From the NCBI RefSeq assembly GCF_964194155.1, contig NC_135906.1, positions 19,592,001 to 19,656,000 of the forward strand: a DNA stretch of 64,000 nt. The letters are read 5' to 3'. A model generated the notes under the pieces. It did not search any database and was not told where the DNA came from. It saw only the letters and a program-made list of their open reading frames with translations. The position numbers and the translations under genes are program-made. Source of the stretch: Cetorhinus maximus. Its lineage: Eukaryota. Shown piece after piece: positions 1 through 12,740 of the stretch; the stretch's first letter is position 1, and each line of letters begins with the position of its first letter.

Positions 1-240
1 ATGGCAGGCGGAAAGAGTGGGAGAGTTTCCTGGTCAACCATACAGCAGAAGGCAATGGCAAACCACTGCAGTACTTTACCCAGCATAATCATGGACCAAT
101 CCAATGGAAGTCCATGGTTGCCAACACCCTCATAGGACATGGTACCTGGAGGAATGTAACTTAGAGCAAGAGGACAAAGGTTTGAAAACTGTTCAGTTCA
201 AGTACAGACAGGGGTTGCACCAAACAAGGAGAATGCCAAA

Positions 241-478
241 CAAACACAGAAAATGATGGAACAACTCAGCAGGTCTGACAGCAGCACCTGTGGAGAGAGA
301 AACAGAGCTGACCTTTCAAGTCTGTATGACCTTTCTTCAGAGCAGGAAGAAGGATCATACAGACTCAAAAGGTCAGCTCTGTGTCTCTCTCCACAGATGC
401 TGTCAGACCTGCTGAGTTTTTCCATCATTTTCTGTGTTAGCTTCAGATTTCCAGCATCTGCAGTATTTTGTTTTTATT
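241..478. mobile_element. Palindromic Penelope-derived short element
   Basis: Inverted arms CTCAGCAGGTCTGACAGCA...TGCTGTCAGACCTGCTGAG; AGGANAATGCCAA on both flanks. Confidence 0.75.
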
Positions 479-1208
479 TAAGGATAATGCCAAGCCTCCT
501 GGGAGATGATGGGGGATTGAAAAAATGACCAAGCTAAAACAGAACGTCCGGCCTCAGAAACTGACCAGGGGGGAGGGAGGAGGGCATTGGCAGAAGTATG
601 GAGTGGACAGCTGCCAAACCTTGTAGAATATAGCAAAGTGTGATAGGGAAGAAAAAGTAACCATTTGAATAAAATGCAATGCTTATGTGCCAGGAATCTG
701 ACTTATCACTTTACATGCAGCAGGACAGTTGAAACCTGACTGGTTTACAAGTAGGTCATGGCAGAGATAGAGAGTCAGCAACAAGGTTATTCTGGCTGCT
801 TTGAACAAATGTATCCAGCTCCCTCAGAAACTGAATGACTCAAGCCATGTCCACTACCTCCCAAGCAGTCCACTATACATATCATCAACATGTCAAACAA
901 TTAACTCGTCCTGGATGCAAATCTGCCAATCCCCACTGTAAGTGTGTTTGTTAATCTTAAACTTTTAAGCGTTTTGTTTAATTAGATTTCAGAAACTGGA
1001 GTCCTTGATAATACAAACTCCCTTTTCTTTCCCATAGCTCCATTCCCAAATGCTAACATGAGCACAGCAGAAACACAGTGGGATTCTGTTCAAGCAGAGT
1101 GCCTCACAATACAGCATAGAAATTGCTGCCAGCTATTCAAGATGTTCAGTTAAGAATGCAGGATTTAATTCAGTTTTAAGTACAGACTATAGAGACAGCA
1201 AATCCTAC

Positions 1209-1284
1209 CTCGATTCAGTCTTGCCCGTTCTCCACAAGGGGCGTTTTCCATCAGATCGTCCAATGTGATTCAGGATATCTATAG
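1209..1284 (-). CDS. SSX2IP-like coding exon 6
   Basis: 76 nt; IDILNHIGRSDGKRPLWRTGKTESR matches SSX2IP [25 protein letters not shown]; no stop, so the gene continues leftwards. Confidence 0.92.
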
Positions 1285-2139
1285 CTTAAAAGCAATGAGT
1301 AAGGGGGATTTTAGTTTATTACATTTATTATTTCTGGGCTTCCAATTGGCAGCTTCTCTCAATCCTGAACAGGAAGTGAAGCCCCCTAGAAACCAGTATT
1401 GCTTAATCCCCCTCCTTCATCCCCAGTAGCTCTTCCCCTCAGCCCTCCTGATGATTTGAGGTTGCGGAAACCTGCTGGGCCTGTATTTGAAACACTATTA
1501 AACCCAATGGAGGTGTGCGGGGGTGGGGGCAGATGGCAGAAGAATTTCCCCCCCTCCCCTCCCAGGGGATTGTATGGCGGGGGAGGGGTGGGGTTGTGTG
1601 CACATCAGGCATTATGATACACAAGGCACCACTGTTTTGGACAGGCTTCCTGGTCTATCCTTGTCCATGTGTAGTTTTGTGTTGCTGTCCACACTGGTCT
1701 AACCTGCAGTCTGGGGAGGAACAAGTACAGTTCCACTGCCTATAGCAGCCTTATTGGGTTAACATGGTTTCCCCATAATAAAAATCAGTGGATAGTAAAA
1801 ATCCAAAACATGTTGGCTAGTGTTTTAAAAAAGTAGGCAAATCTCATTTAGTAATTATTTCTAAGTTATTAAAAGGTGATGACAAAATAACAAGGCATGA
1901 ACAGCTGATTGAAACTGCAAAGACTCAACTGAAATCGGCAACACCTTTTAAATAGCTGAAGTATAGGGTTAATACTCATTAAAAGAAAACCTGAATCAAC
2001 CAGAATTCCTTCTTGCTCCACGCTCTCTACTGATCTGCTAAATTTTCCTGGCATTTTCTGATTTTACCTCAGATTTCCAGCATGCAGGGTATTGGACTGC
2101 CTGGACTAGTTGGTGGGTTTCCCCAAGTCCTGCCTTTTT

Positions 2140-3185
2140 ATAAAAAAATCATTCTTGGGATGTGGGCTTTGCTGGCTGGGCCAGCATTTATTGCCCATCT
2201 CTAGTTGCCCTTGAGAAGGTGATGGTGAGCTGCCTTCTTGAACCGCTGCAGTCCATGTGGTGTAGGTTACACCCATAGTGCTGTTAGGGAGGGAGTTCCA
2301 GGATTTTGACTCAGCGACAGTGAAGGAACGGCGATATATTTCCAAGTCAGGATGGTGAGTGAAGGCTGCCCTTGTCCTTCTAGATGGTAGTGGTCATGGG
2401 TTTGGAAGGCGCTGTCGAAGGAGCCTTGGTGAGTTCCTATAGTGCATCTTGTAGATGGTACACACTGCTGCTACTGTATGTCGGTGGTGGGAGTGAATGT
2501 TTGTGGATGGGGTGCCAATCAAGCGGGGCTGCTTTGTCCTGGATGGTGTCAAGCTTCTTGGTTGTTGGAGCTGCACTCATCCAGGCAAGTGGGTAGTATT
2601 CCATCACACTCCTGACTTGTGCCTTGTAGATGGTGGACAGGATTTGGGGAGTCACAAGGTGAGTTACTCGCCACAGGATTCCTAGCCTCTGACCTGCTCT
2701 TGTAGCCACAGTATTTATATGGCTAGTCCAGTTCAGTTTCTGGTCAATGGTAACCCCCAGGATGTTGATAGTGGGGGATTCAGTGATGGTTATGCCATTG
2801 AATGTCAAGGGGCGATGGTTAGATTCTCTCTTGTTGGAGATGGTCATTGCCTGGCACTTGTTTGGCACGAATGTTACTTGCCACTTGTCAGCCCAAGCCT
2901 GGATATTGTTCAGGTCTTGTTGCATCTGTACATGGACTGTTTCAGTATCTGAGTTGTCACAAATGGTGCTGAACATTGTGCAATCATCAACGAACATCCC
3001 CACTTCTGAACTTGTGATATAAGGAAATTCATTGATGAAGCAGCTGAAGATGGTTGGGCTGTGGACACTACCCTAAGGAACTCCTGCAGTGATGCCCTGG
3101 AACTGAGATGACTGACCTCCAACAACCACAACCATCTTCCTTTGTGCTAGGTATGACTCTAACCAGTGGAGAGTTTTCCTCCTGA
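2140..3185 (-). mobile_element. CR1/L2-clade LINE 3' fragment (RT)
   Basis: GVP(Q)GS..PTIFSCFIN, MFVDDCT, ILGVTIDQKLNW; frameshifts and stops. Confidence 0.9.
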
Positions 3186-3300
3186 TAGCTTATGATGCAC
3201 GTTATCCAGGCAGATGCTCAGGATAAGGAACTGTTCAAGAGGTGGACTATCCTTGATTGGAATTCTCCACCCACTCCCTCACAAAAAGTGAAATAGTTAC

Positions 3301-3436
3301 TGATTCTTTTGTCTTTTTTGTCTGTCAGGTGGTGATGCATCTTCTCCTTCAGTTTGCTCAGTTCCTGCTCCTTCCTCTTCAGGTCATGGAGATATTGAGC
3401 TGCCCGACTTGCAACAATACTCTGTAACTTTGCCAC
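3301..3436 (-). CDS. SSX2IP-like coding exon 5
   Basis: 136 nt; VAKLQSIVASRAAQYLHDLKRKEQELSKLKEKMHHHLTDKKDKRI, close to SSX2IP. Confidence 0.92.
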
Positions 3437-3984
3437 CTGGATGAGAGATGGCAGCAGTCACTAACCCAGAATACCACGTTAGTCACTTCAGGCGGTGCTA
3501 AGGCCCCGGCCTCCAGAATTCCCTCTCTAATCCCCTCCGTCACTTTCCTATTAAGAAGCTCCTTAAAACTTGCCTCTTTGGCCGAGCTTTTAGTTTGCTG
3601 TTTGATTTACTACATTATAGGTAAACACAATACAATTAGCTGAAAGTTTAAGGGTGATGGTCAACTTCTCATGCCTCAGCCCAAGTGCCTGATTAACATT
3701 TAACATGAGATGGGGGCAGGGTGGTGAAAGAGGAGGAAACAGGAGTAAAGAGAGGCCTAATGAATAAGCCTGTTCCTGTCCTCACCAATATCCAAATGCC
3801 CCATCAGATCACTGGACAGTGGCCAAGACTGGCACCCTAGCTGAGTGTATCACTGCTATGTTTCAGGCACAGAGACACTGTTGCACCCATACAGCCTTCT
3901 CTCTCCTTCCTTCTCCCCACCACAGGTGAGCTCAGCTATCAGCACAGACCCAAGGTCTTGCTGCTGTTACTCTGTGTATTTACT

Positions 3985-4893
3985 CATAGGTGGGAGGGCA
4001 TGCTGTGATGAGAACATAAAGAATCTGCAAGAGAATATAGATATGTTGAGTGAGTGGGCAAAAACTTGGCAGTTGGAATTTAATGTAGGAAAGTGTGATG
4101 TCATGCACTTTGGTTGGGAGAATCAAAAGGCAGGCTACTATTTAAATGGAGAAAGACTCCAAAAAAAGTGCAGCACAGAGGGATCTGGGTGTTCTTGTGC
4201 ATGAAACACAAAATTAGCATGCAGGTGCAGCAAGTAATTAAGGCAGCAAATGGAGTTTTGGCCTGTATTACTAGGAGGTTGGAGTTTAAAAATAGGGAAG
4301 TCTTGTTACAACTGTACACGGTGTTGGTGTACTGGAGTACTGTGTACGGTTTTGGTCACCGTATTTAAGAAAGGATATACTGGCATTGGAGGCAGTTCAA
4401 AAGAGATTCACTAGGCTGATTCCTGGGATGAAGGGGTTGACTTATCAAGGATGACTAACAGGTTAGGCCTTTATTCATTAAGGTTTAGAAGAATGAGGGG
4501 TGATCTTTTTGAAAAGTGCAAGATTCTGAGGGGGCTTGACAGGGTAGATGTTGAGATGATGTTTCACTAGTGGGGGAATCTTGAACTAGGGGACATAGTT
4601 ACAGAATAAGGGGACACTCATTTAAAACTGAGATGCAAAGGAATTTCTTCACTCAAAGGGTAGCGAATGTCTGGAATTCTCAACCCAAGAGAGAGTTGTG
4701 GAGGCTAGATCACTGAAAGTATTTAAAGAGGAGGTAGATAGATTTTTGAAATATCGGGGAGTTGAGGGCAATGCGGAGCTGGCACAAAATTGGAATCGAG
4801 GCCTGAGGCAGATCAGCCATGATCTTATTGAATGGTGGGATAGGCTTGAGGGACCGAATGGCCTACTCCTGCTCCAACTTCTTATGTTCTTAT
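3985..4893 (+). mobile_element. CR1 LINE 3' fragment
   Basis: LSEWAKTWQLEFNVGKC, QVQQVIKAANG; CR1 3' tail. Confidence 0.9.
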
Positions 4894-5166
4894 GACTGTT
4901 ATACTGAAGGAAAGAGGTTTCTGCAGACAACGTGGTGACACTCATTCCAGCACAGCAACTACACACTGGTTATCTCTCCCAGCCACACTTAGAAAATGCA
5001 GCTGTCACACTGCACCTCTGCCAACAAGTCAAACACCAAAAATTCCATCTTTATTCTCACCTCTGATCAGGAGAACAAAGACTGAACTCAGTGAGCAACA
5101 GGAATTAGGGATTAGAGTGTGGGTTAGATCACAGATCTAGATCAACATCTTGAAAATGGATCTTAC

Positions 5167-5277
5167 CTCCTCTTTATGATTCTTTAGCTGATTACTCAAA
5201 TTCTGGATGCTCTTCTGTCCTTGCTGCTCCTTTGCTTGTGAAGCAGCAACTTCTAGTTCCAATGCCGCTACCTGTTC
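5167..5277 (-). CDS. SSX2IP-like coding exon 4 (coiled coil)
   Basis: 111 nt; EQVAALELEVAASQAKEQQGQKSIQNLSNQLKNHKEE; cag acceptor, gtaag donor. Confidence 0.85.
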
Positions 5278-6100
5278 CTGTTTGGAAAGCAGAAACAATG
5301 GAACCGTAAGTCTACTTTAATCCTCCCTCCCTTCAAACAAACTGCTTCCAGATTATTGGGGTGGGGGTGAGAAAGGACTTGTTCACTCACTGGCATCATC
5401 CTCTTCCCAGAAGATTGACTGGCATGGATCTCCACCTGTCTCGCCCATCGCACCCCATTCCCACCCCACCCTGACACAATCCAGTCTATCATATTAATCA
5501 TCCATTTTCTACTCTGCTTCTTCCTCTTTGTGTTTTCTGTCATTAATAATCTCGGTCTACCATCTGTTCAAAATGGCGTGACCAAAATTTTGTATTCTTT
5601 TCTCTTTGATGTCATGTACTAAGTTCCTCTTTTCTCTAACCATTTCTAGCACTTTTGTCTGTGTAGGATATGTTGAATATCCTCCTATATGTCCACGTCC
5701 GAGTGTACTGTCACCAGCTGATTGACCCCAGCATGAGCTTGATGTACTACATCAAACTGCCACGCCCTACGATAAATGAACAGGCCAGCAGTTTGGATTC
5801 TCATTCTAAAGAGGATTTAATATGGAGGCTTCTGCTCGGTCTGTGAAAATTATCCATTCAATATAGTGGGAGAGACAGTTTAGCAAGATCCCCATAACAC
5901 AAACTGAACAAAACCATCTCCCCTTGGATAGATCAGCACAGTAGAAGCAAGGAGCTGATGAACCCCTGTTGTTCTGAGGAGAGGGTGGAAATGGTCATAT
6001 TCAGGTTACAACTACCCATCAACATCCTCATTTAATAACACCCAGCATTAAATTTACCAAAATATTTATCTTCATACAAGCCTGTTTCAGTATAACTCAC

Positions 6101-6316
6101 CTGCAGTTTCAACTGACTACTTTTCGAACAATCCTGCTCACTGAAGGATTTTAAGCGCTCTGTTTCTAGTCCATCCACTTTAACCACCTTCTTCCCATAT
6201 AGCTGCAGCAGGCTGTGTACACAGTTTATTAGAGCTACCAGGTTACAGCTTGAAGCTGGATTCTCCTCAGAAATATCACCGTCAAACAAAGGAGGAAGCC
6301 CCAATGTGTTCAGCTC
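6101..6316 (-). CDS. SSX2IP-like coding exon 3
   Basis: 216 nt, phase 0-0; ELNTLGLPPLF...NLVALINCVHSLLQL...SQLKLQ, ADIP-domain-like. Confidence 0.9.
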
Positions 6317-7738
6317 CTGGAATATTTGATAAACAGTCAACCCTATTTGATTAGCATTAGCTTCTTATGTTAGAGAATGGTTTAAAACCCTGTACACTTG
6401 GGCACTTCTTGAACAACATGTAGATCCAGAACAGATTGACAGCTGGCAGAAAGGAGACTGTGTAAAATTACCAATATAAGCATAACGGGCAGCCTCACTC
6501 AAAGCTAACAAATATTGAGTGTCAGCCTGGACTTAAACCATGTTGGGACTGTTTATACTCCCAATAGGCAAGCTTATAGTTACATAGAATATACAAGCAC
6601 AGAAACCGGTCATTCACCCCAACCAGTGTTCCAGTCCACACCATAAAGTGCTTATACATTATGAGATTATAAATTAAACTAGGCCACTTAGTACAAGGCT
6701 CATGCTGGTAAATGACATACACACTGTAGAAGCAGTAAGTGCTGATTTACTGTGGAGGTACTTTCATCATTAGCATTTTCAGTGGAAACTAGTGATGGTA
6801 GAGAGCGTACTTTAGCCTTTGATAACATTAAATATGAAAGCGGTGTCAGAATAGTCCACATGTTCGGACGTGGAGCAGGGAGATGGTGCATACATCATGG
6901 CTGCTTGTGAGGATTAACTGCAAACTGAAAACTCGGACTCTCACCCTTTAGCAATGGTAACCACAGGTCTGAATTAGCAGTGTGAATAGAAAGACATTGA
7001 AACGGGAGAGGGAGTGAGGGGAGAAGCCAAGAGTGACAGAGAGCTACAAGTCCCAGCTTCAGCAATATTACCCCTCCCCTGCTCCCAACCAAAGACCATT
7101 TACAATGAGTAAATTTTTCAGTTTTTATTGAACTTATGTTCTCTGCATTGCACTGCCCACACTGTAGGTGCAACATGCTGAGAAACAGTTTCTATGTTTC
7201 ATTAATACATAATGGACAGCACAATATAGCGCACACAAACTTTTAGTGACATAAAGGGAGTGCAGTCACTCCCAGTATAAGATGCCTTCAGTTGGACTGA
7301 TCTGGGAACCTTCGAGTTCCCTGTTGAGGAAGTGTACAATTTTATTGGCTCACTGACCAATAAGGTTATCAAAGTGGGACTGATGCAATAAGTTCCATTC
7401 ACACAAAGCATGAGCTGCAGCTAACTGATCATATTTCACCATCTGATCGGCACCAACTGATTCTTGGCCAGGAGAATCCACATGACATTCTGTACAGAAC
7501 TGGCAATGATGTCAGATCTGGGGGACAGGATTAATAGAGGGAAGAGAAAAAGATTGAAAGACACAGGGATGCATTTAATTTCTGGGTCCATGTTTTGCTT
7601 CGAGTCTGTGGCATCCAGGATCAGACCAGCGGCTTCTTGCTATGGCTGTAAACAGTGGCATCATGGGTCCAGACACCATATCACTTGTATTTACACAGTC
7701 AGTCATCGAAACTAAAGCAGTGTTTCACTTTAGCCTAC

Positions 7739-7908
7739 CTTGTTTAAATGCAAGATACACTCCTCTACATTGTCACTCCAGCAGAAAGCATTTTGGCTGA
7801 AAAGGTTTGGAAGTGGTAGCGTTGGGGAGTAGTGCAGAGTTATGGTGCTGGCGGGGGAGAATGGTGAAGCAGACTGAGAAATACGCCTCAAAATGAAACT
7901 CTTTGCAT
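7739..7908 (-). CDS. SSX2IP-like coding exon 2
   Basis: 170 nt, AG/GT bounded; (D)AKSFILRR...SQNAFCWSDNVEECILHLNK resembles SSX2IP SAFCTEDNIEQSISYLDQ. Confidence 0.85.
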
Positions 7909-8463
7909 CTGTGGAGAAATTGATTTAAGAGGTCAATACCAACAGTCAGTTAGGGCAAGGGTCTTCAAGCAGGAGGACCAAGCAGCTTCAGCTATCCCGC
8001 CCACAGAGCCCTGCCCCTTCACTGAACTTACAATAAAACTGAAGTAAAACAAAAGGAGGCAGGACTGCAGATTTGGCGATGCAGAGTTCACCAACAGGTA
8101 ATTAACTGAGACAGGATGCAAAATTCAATCCCTCATTCTGAAGCCCTGGTGGCTTTGCTCGGGACAAATCTTGCTGTCCTGTGCTCAAGCTGGCTGATCT
8201 TTACCCAGTCTTCCACCTCTATCGACCAGGGAAATGTTGCTAGTATCTATGCTGGGGCCACCATTGCTTTAAGAATGAAAGTGCAAGCTCACTCATGACT
8301 GAAGATCAATGATCATTTGTGGGAGCTTGCTGTGTGCCAACTGGATGCCACATTTCCTACATCACAACACTGATTACACTTCAAAAGTGCTTCATTGGTT
8401 GTAAAGCACTTTGGGGCATCCTGAGGTCATGAAAGACGCTTTATGGATTGTACAAATGCTCAC

Positions 8464-8485
8464 CTGGGGTCTTCCAGTCACCCAT
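8464..8485 (-). CDS. SSX2IP-like (afadin/alpha-actinin-binding protein, ADIP), coding exon 1: MGDWKTP
   Basis: ATG at 8485; MGDW matches the SSX2IP N-terminus; GTGAG donor; acceptor AG at 8507-8506; phase 1. Confidence 0.8.
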
Positions 8486-10024
8486 CTCTCCAATTGGGAA
8501 TCCAACTGTCCAGAGGAAGAAAATAAGTTATTAGATAATAATTATGGTGAGGGCTAGGTGGGGGAAATGTGTGGGCTGGAGGAAGATAATAAAAGCAAAG
8601 AGACAAGAAAATGCCTAGGACATTTACATTGGAAAAAAAAACATCCTTCACAAATCAAGCATTGTATTTCACCTCTCACATATACCACCCTCAAGGTGAT
8701 TGACCCTGGAATGTGGAGCACAAACGAAAGCATGAATAGATCATTTGGCTAAACTGGTCTCTGTGCTGTATAGGCTATCAACATACACTTTACTTAAACT
8801 TGCCATTAGCATGAGGTGAGCATAGGAGGAAATACCAGCCTCAAATTATCTGCCCACCTCTTCTCAGTCTCAAATTCAAATGCCACATCTGGAACAGACT
8901 GCAACTGCAGTGGTTGCCCAGGTATCAGGAGAGGTATAAAGTCCCAAACTTCTCACCACACCTCTGGGAAGCAAAATAATGATCACACCACCTTTGGCAC
9001 CTAAACCTTTAGCCTTCCACAGCTTCCCATCTCATTACTGCTATGTCTGCTCTTTCACTCTGCCACCTTCTACCCCATTCAAAAAAAAAAAGAGCCAGCA
9101 CTGAACAAGTGCTTTACCTCTCATTGGTAAAACAATGGTAATAGAAATATAGACACAGTTAAAGCACAGGAGGCCATTCAGCCCATCATGCCAGTCGAAA
9201 AAGAACTATCCACTCTAATCCCACCTTCCAGCTCTTGGTCTGTAGTCCTGTGAGTTACAGGACCTCAAATATATATCCAATTATTTTTTTAAAATATGAT
9301 GAAGGTTTCTGCCTCTACCACCCTTTCAGGCATTGTGTTCCAGGCCCCCATCACCCTCTGGGTAAAAAAAACCACACCTAAACTCCCCTTGAATTCTTTC
9401 ACCAATTACTTTAAGTCCATGCCCCCTAGTGATCTCCAACAGAAAAAAGGTCCTTCCTATCCAGGGCCCTCAAATTAAATCTCCTCTTAGCCTCCTTTGT
9501 TCCAAACTAAACAGCCTATTCAATCTTTCCTCATCCTCCAAATTCTCCAGTCCTGGCAACATCCTTATGAACCTCCTCTGTACTCTAATGTGACCACATC
9601 CTTCCAGTAATGCAGTAGCCAAAACCGCACACAGTACTCTAGCTGTGGCTGAAATAGCATTTTATACGATATAAAAACTGAAAATGCTGGAAACACTCAG
9701 CAGGTCAGACAGCAACTGTGGAGAGAGAAACAGAGTTAACGTTCCAGGTCGATGACCTTTCATCAGAATTCCAGCATCCACAGTATTTTGCTTTTGTGTT
9801 AATATTGTATACGATTCTAACATAACCCCCCGTGCTCTTTATAATTTATGCCTCAGTCAATAAAGGAATTCCTTAACAACCTTATCTATCTGTCCTGCTA
9901 CTTTCAGGGATCTGCAGATGTGCAAAAGATCTCCCTATTCCTCTACACTTATCCAATCTAGGAACCAATTGCAGCAAAATGGTCCTATTGTCCTGTTCAC
10001 TCATTTTAACACATTACTAATAAG

Positions 10025-10285
10025 AGGGGTAGGGAGGCCAGCCTGGGAGAAGGAGGGAGGGAGTGTGGGGAGAGGAGGACGGGACAGCCCGGGGGGTGAA
10101 GGGACAGCTGAGGGAGGGGGATGAAGGGACAGTCGGGGGGGGGGGGGAGGGACAGTCGGGGGGGGGGGGGGAGGAGGGACAGCCGGGGGGGGGGGGGGGG
10201 GTGGGGGAGGGACAGCCGGGGGGGGGGGGGGGTTGGGGTGAAGAGGAGGACGGACAGCCCCGCGGGGGGGGCGAAGGGGAGGTCG
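10025..10285 (+). repeat. G-rich low-complexity repeat (GGGACAGYC + poly-G), G-quadruplex prone
   Basis: About 6 GGACAGYC units separated by long G runs. Confidence 0.85.
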
Positions 10286-10379
10286 GGACCTCTGTTGGCT
10301 CAGGGACATTCAGCCTGAGTTACCCAGAACCCGGCCCGACATTCACTCAGTCCCGAGACGGGCCGAGCAGACGCTACAG

Positions 10380-10660
10380 GAGCTCACCCGGAGTCACCAC
10401 CTCCCCAGCTACTCACCGGGCGGCCGCCCAGCCTCGGCTTTAAATCTCCCTCCATAACAACCACGCCCTCTCATCGCAGGCAACCATTGGGCCACGCTCT
10501 TTGCGATCCCTCCAATCAGCAAACCGCTCCAGGTGACTATCCGACCAATCGGGAAGAGTCTCTGGTGCGCACGCGCACACTTCCATTGGCATTCTGGGAG
10601 TTATCGTTCTTCTCCCCCCTACTCTGACGGCCGCTCACACTGCCCCCTGTGGCAGGAGGT
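10380..10660 (-). promoter_or_regulatory. CpG-rich promoter and probable non-coding first exon of the SSX2IP-like gene
   Basis: Minus-strand GGTGAG donors near 10385 and 10413; four CCAAT/ATTGG boxes (10486, 10512, 10545, 10585); NRF1-like TGCGCACGCGCA 10566-10577; ZNF143-like GCATTCTGGGAGTT about 10589; CTCF-like CCACAGGGGGCAG (minus) about 10640-10652; TTTAAA at 10439. Confidence 0.65.
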
Positions 10661-12499
10661 CCACTGACCACAGGGAGCCATAGCATGCAATACAAAAATC
10701 CCTCCAAAATCACAGACAGGGGTTGGACCTATGTCCCTCACTGCATGCAAGTTTTTACCTCACACACTGTTAAGTAAGAAATAGAAAAAAATTCCATTTA
10801 TGTAGCACCTTTCAAGGCATCTCAAAGCAATTTAGCAGCCATATGAACATACGAATTAGGAGGAATAAGCCAGTGAAGCATTGAGTAAGGGGTATTGTTT
10901 TTTTAAAATTATTCCTTTTCCCTTGCGTCTGTTTTCCTCTCAATGCATTTTTTCTTTCCTTCTCTTCCCGTACCCAATCTAACTTTGATTCACCTTCATT
11001 TCAAACTTTCCCACCCTTGTCCACTCCATGAATCTTAAACACCTCAATTAGATCACCCATTAATCTTCTATACACAAGGTAATTGTACCTTTATGGAATG
11101 TAGTGACTGTCGCTTTAAGACTTATTGTGTTGTATAGTAGCACGTGTCAGTGTGAACGAATCAGCCCCAAGAGCGGGGAAACTTAGAGTGGGAGTTCTTC
11201 TTCTCGTTGCGGAGCTTGATGAAAGCATGTAACTGCTGCTGCAGCCTAAAAATAAAGTTCGATGTTTGGCAACCTGGCCTCATAACTTAACCCTTTTAGC
11301 TCTGGCATAATTCCAATAACTCTGTGCTGCACCCTCCCTGGGCCAATATATCCTTCCTGAGGTGCAGTGCCCAGAACTGAACACCATGCTCCAGTACTTC
11401 AGGCTGTCCCTTACATGTACTCCCAGGCCCTGAATCTCAGCAGACTTTGCAACCAGGCTGACAGAGTCAGGTCAATACCTGTCTTCAGGGTTAGTACATT
11501 CACATCCAGAAGGGTGGGGCTGGGTGGAGAGGGAGAATCAGTGGATAAGATCGCTGACATCTCTGCATACCCCCAATCCTGACATCTTGCACATCCCCGA
11601 TTTCAATCGCTCCACCATTGGTGGCTATGCCTTAAGCTGCCTCGGCCCTAAGCTCTGGAATAAACCTCTCCTCCACCACTCTACCCACTTTGAGACATTC
11701 TTGAAAACCTACTTCTCTGAGCAATCAAAAAGCAGATCATTGTGGGTGCTGAAATCTGAAACAAAAACAGAAAATTCTGGAAACACCCAGAAGGCCAGGC
11801 AGCATTTGTGGAGAGAGAAAGAGTGTGAATGTTTTCCAGCATTTTCTGTTATTGTTTCTCTAAGTAATCTTTTGGCCACCTGACCCAAATTGTATCTCCT
11901 TATATGGCACTTGGTGTTAAATCTCATTTGATGGGTGCTTCTGTGTAAAAGGTCCTATACAGATACAGGTTGTTGTTCATTCCACACTCCCTAGTGTAAG
12001 GGCACTGAGCACAATTATAGTTTCCTTACAGTGATGACAGAATTCTGACAGTAGACATGAACCCTGGCCTGCAAGACTTAGTGTAGCCCTCCTGCTAAGT
12101 AGACAGTGGGACAGGATATTCTGAAAGGTAAAAAAAATGTAACCAAAGAAAGCCTTGCATTTCTATAGCACCTTTCATGATGTACCAAAGCATGTTACAA
12201 CCAATGAAGTGCTTATTCAAAGTGTGGTCACTGTTGTAATGTAGGAAATGCGGCAGCCAATTTGCACACAGCAAGCTCCCACAAACAGTAATGTGGTAAT
12301 GACCAGATAATCTGTTTTTGTGATTTTGTTTGAGGGACAAATATTGGCCAGGACACTGGAGGAACTCTTCTCAGACAGTAGCTGTGAACTTCCTCAGCCA
12401 CCTGACAAGGCTGACAGAGCCTCTGTTTAACATCTTAACTGAAAGTAAAGCAGCATGAGACTAGACAAGTTGTTAGTTATAAATGTTTAATACAAATAT

Positions 12500-12505
12500 T
12501 TTATT
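12500..12505 (-). terminator. CLPP polyadenylation signal
   Basis: AATAAA on minus strand about 75 nt after the stop codon. Confidence 0.65.
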
Positions 12506-12579
12506 GCGTAAATGGATGAGGCTAAAACTACACAATGTATAGAGATTGGACTAATGATTAATCAGACGGACCATACAGT

Positions 12580-12740
12580 TCAGGGCTCAGGGGAGCCCGA
12601 TGGCTTTGTTGTGTTGTCTTTATGAACGAGTTGTGGCTCATCTTCCCCATCCTGTGGAGGGTGAACGAGGACCTTGTCAATTATTCCGAACTCCTGAGCT
12701 TCCACTGGGCTCATGTACCGATCCCGCTCCATTGCTCCTT
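12580..12740 (-). CDS. CLPP: CLPP exon 7 (catalytic Asp, stop)
   Basis: [35 protein letters not shown]...PEP*; spliced CDS 747 nt. Confidence 0.97.

Noticed and set aside
10001-10443. Pro-rich and Gly-rich ORFs
   Set aside because: Translation of poly-G low-complexity DNA
11085-11267. Solo-LTR-like insert in a CR1 fragment
   Set aside because: Has AATAAA and LTR-like composition but no clear TG..CA ends or TSD
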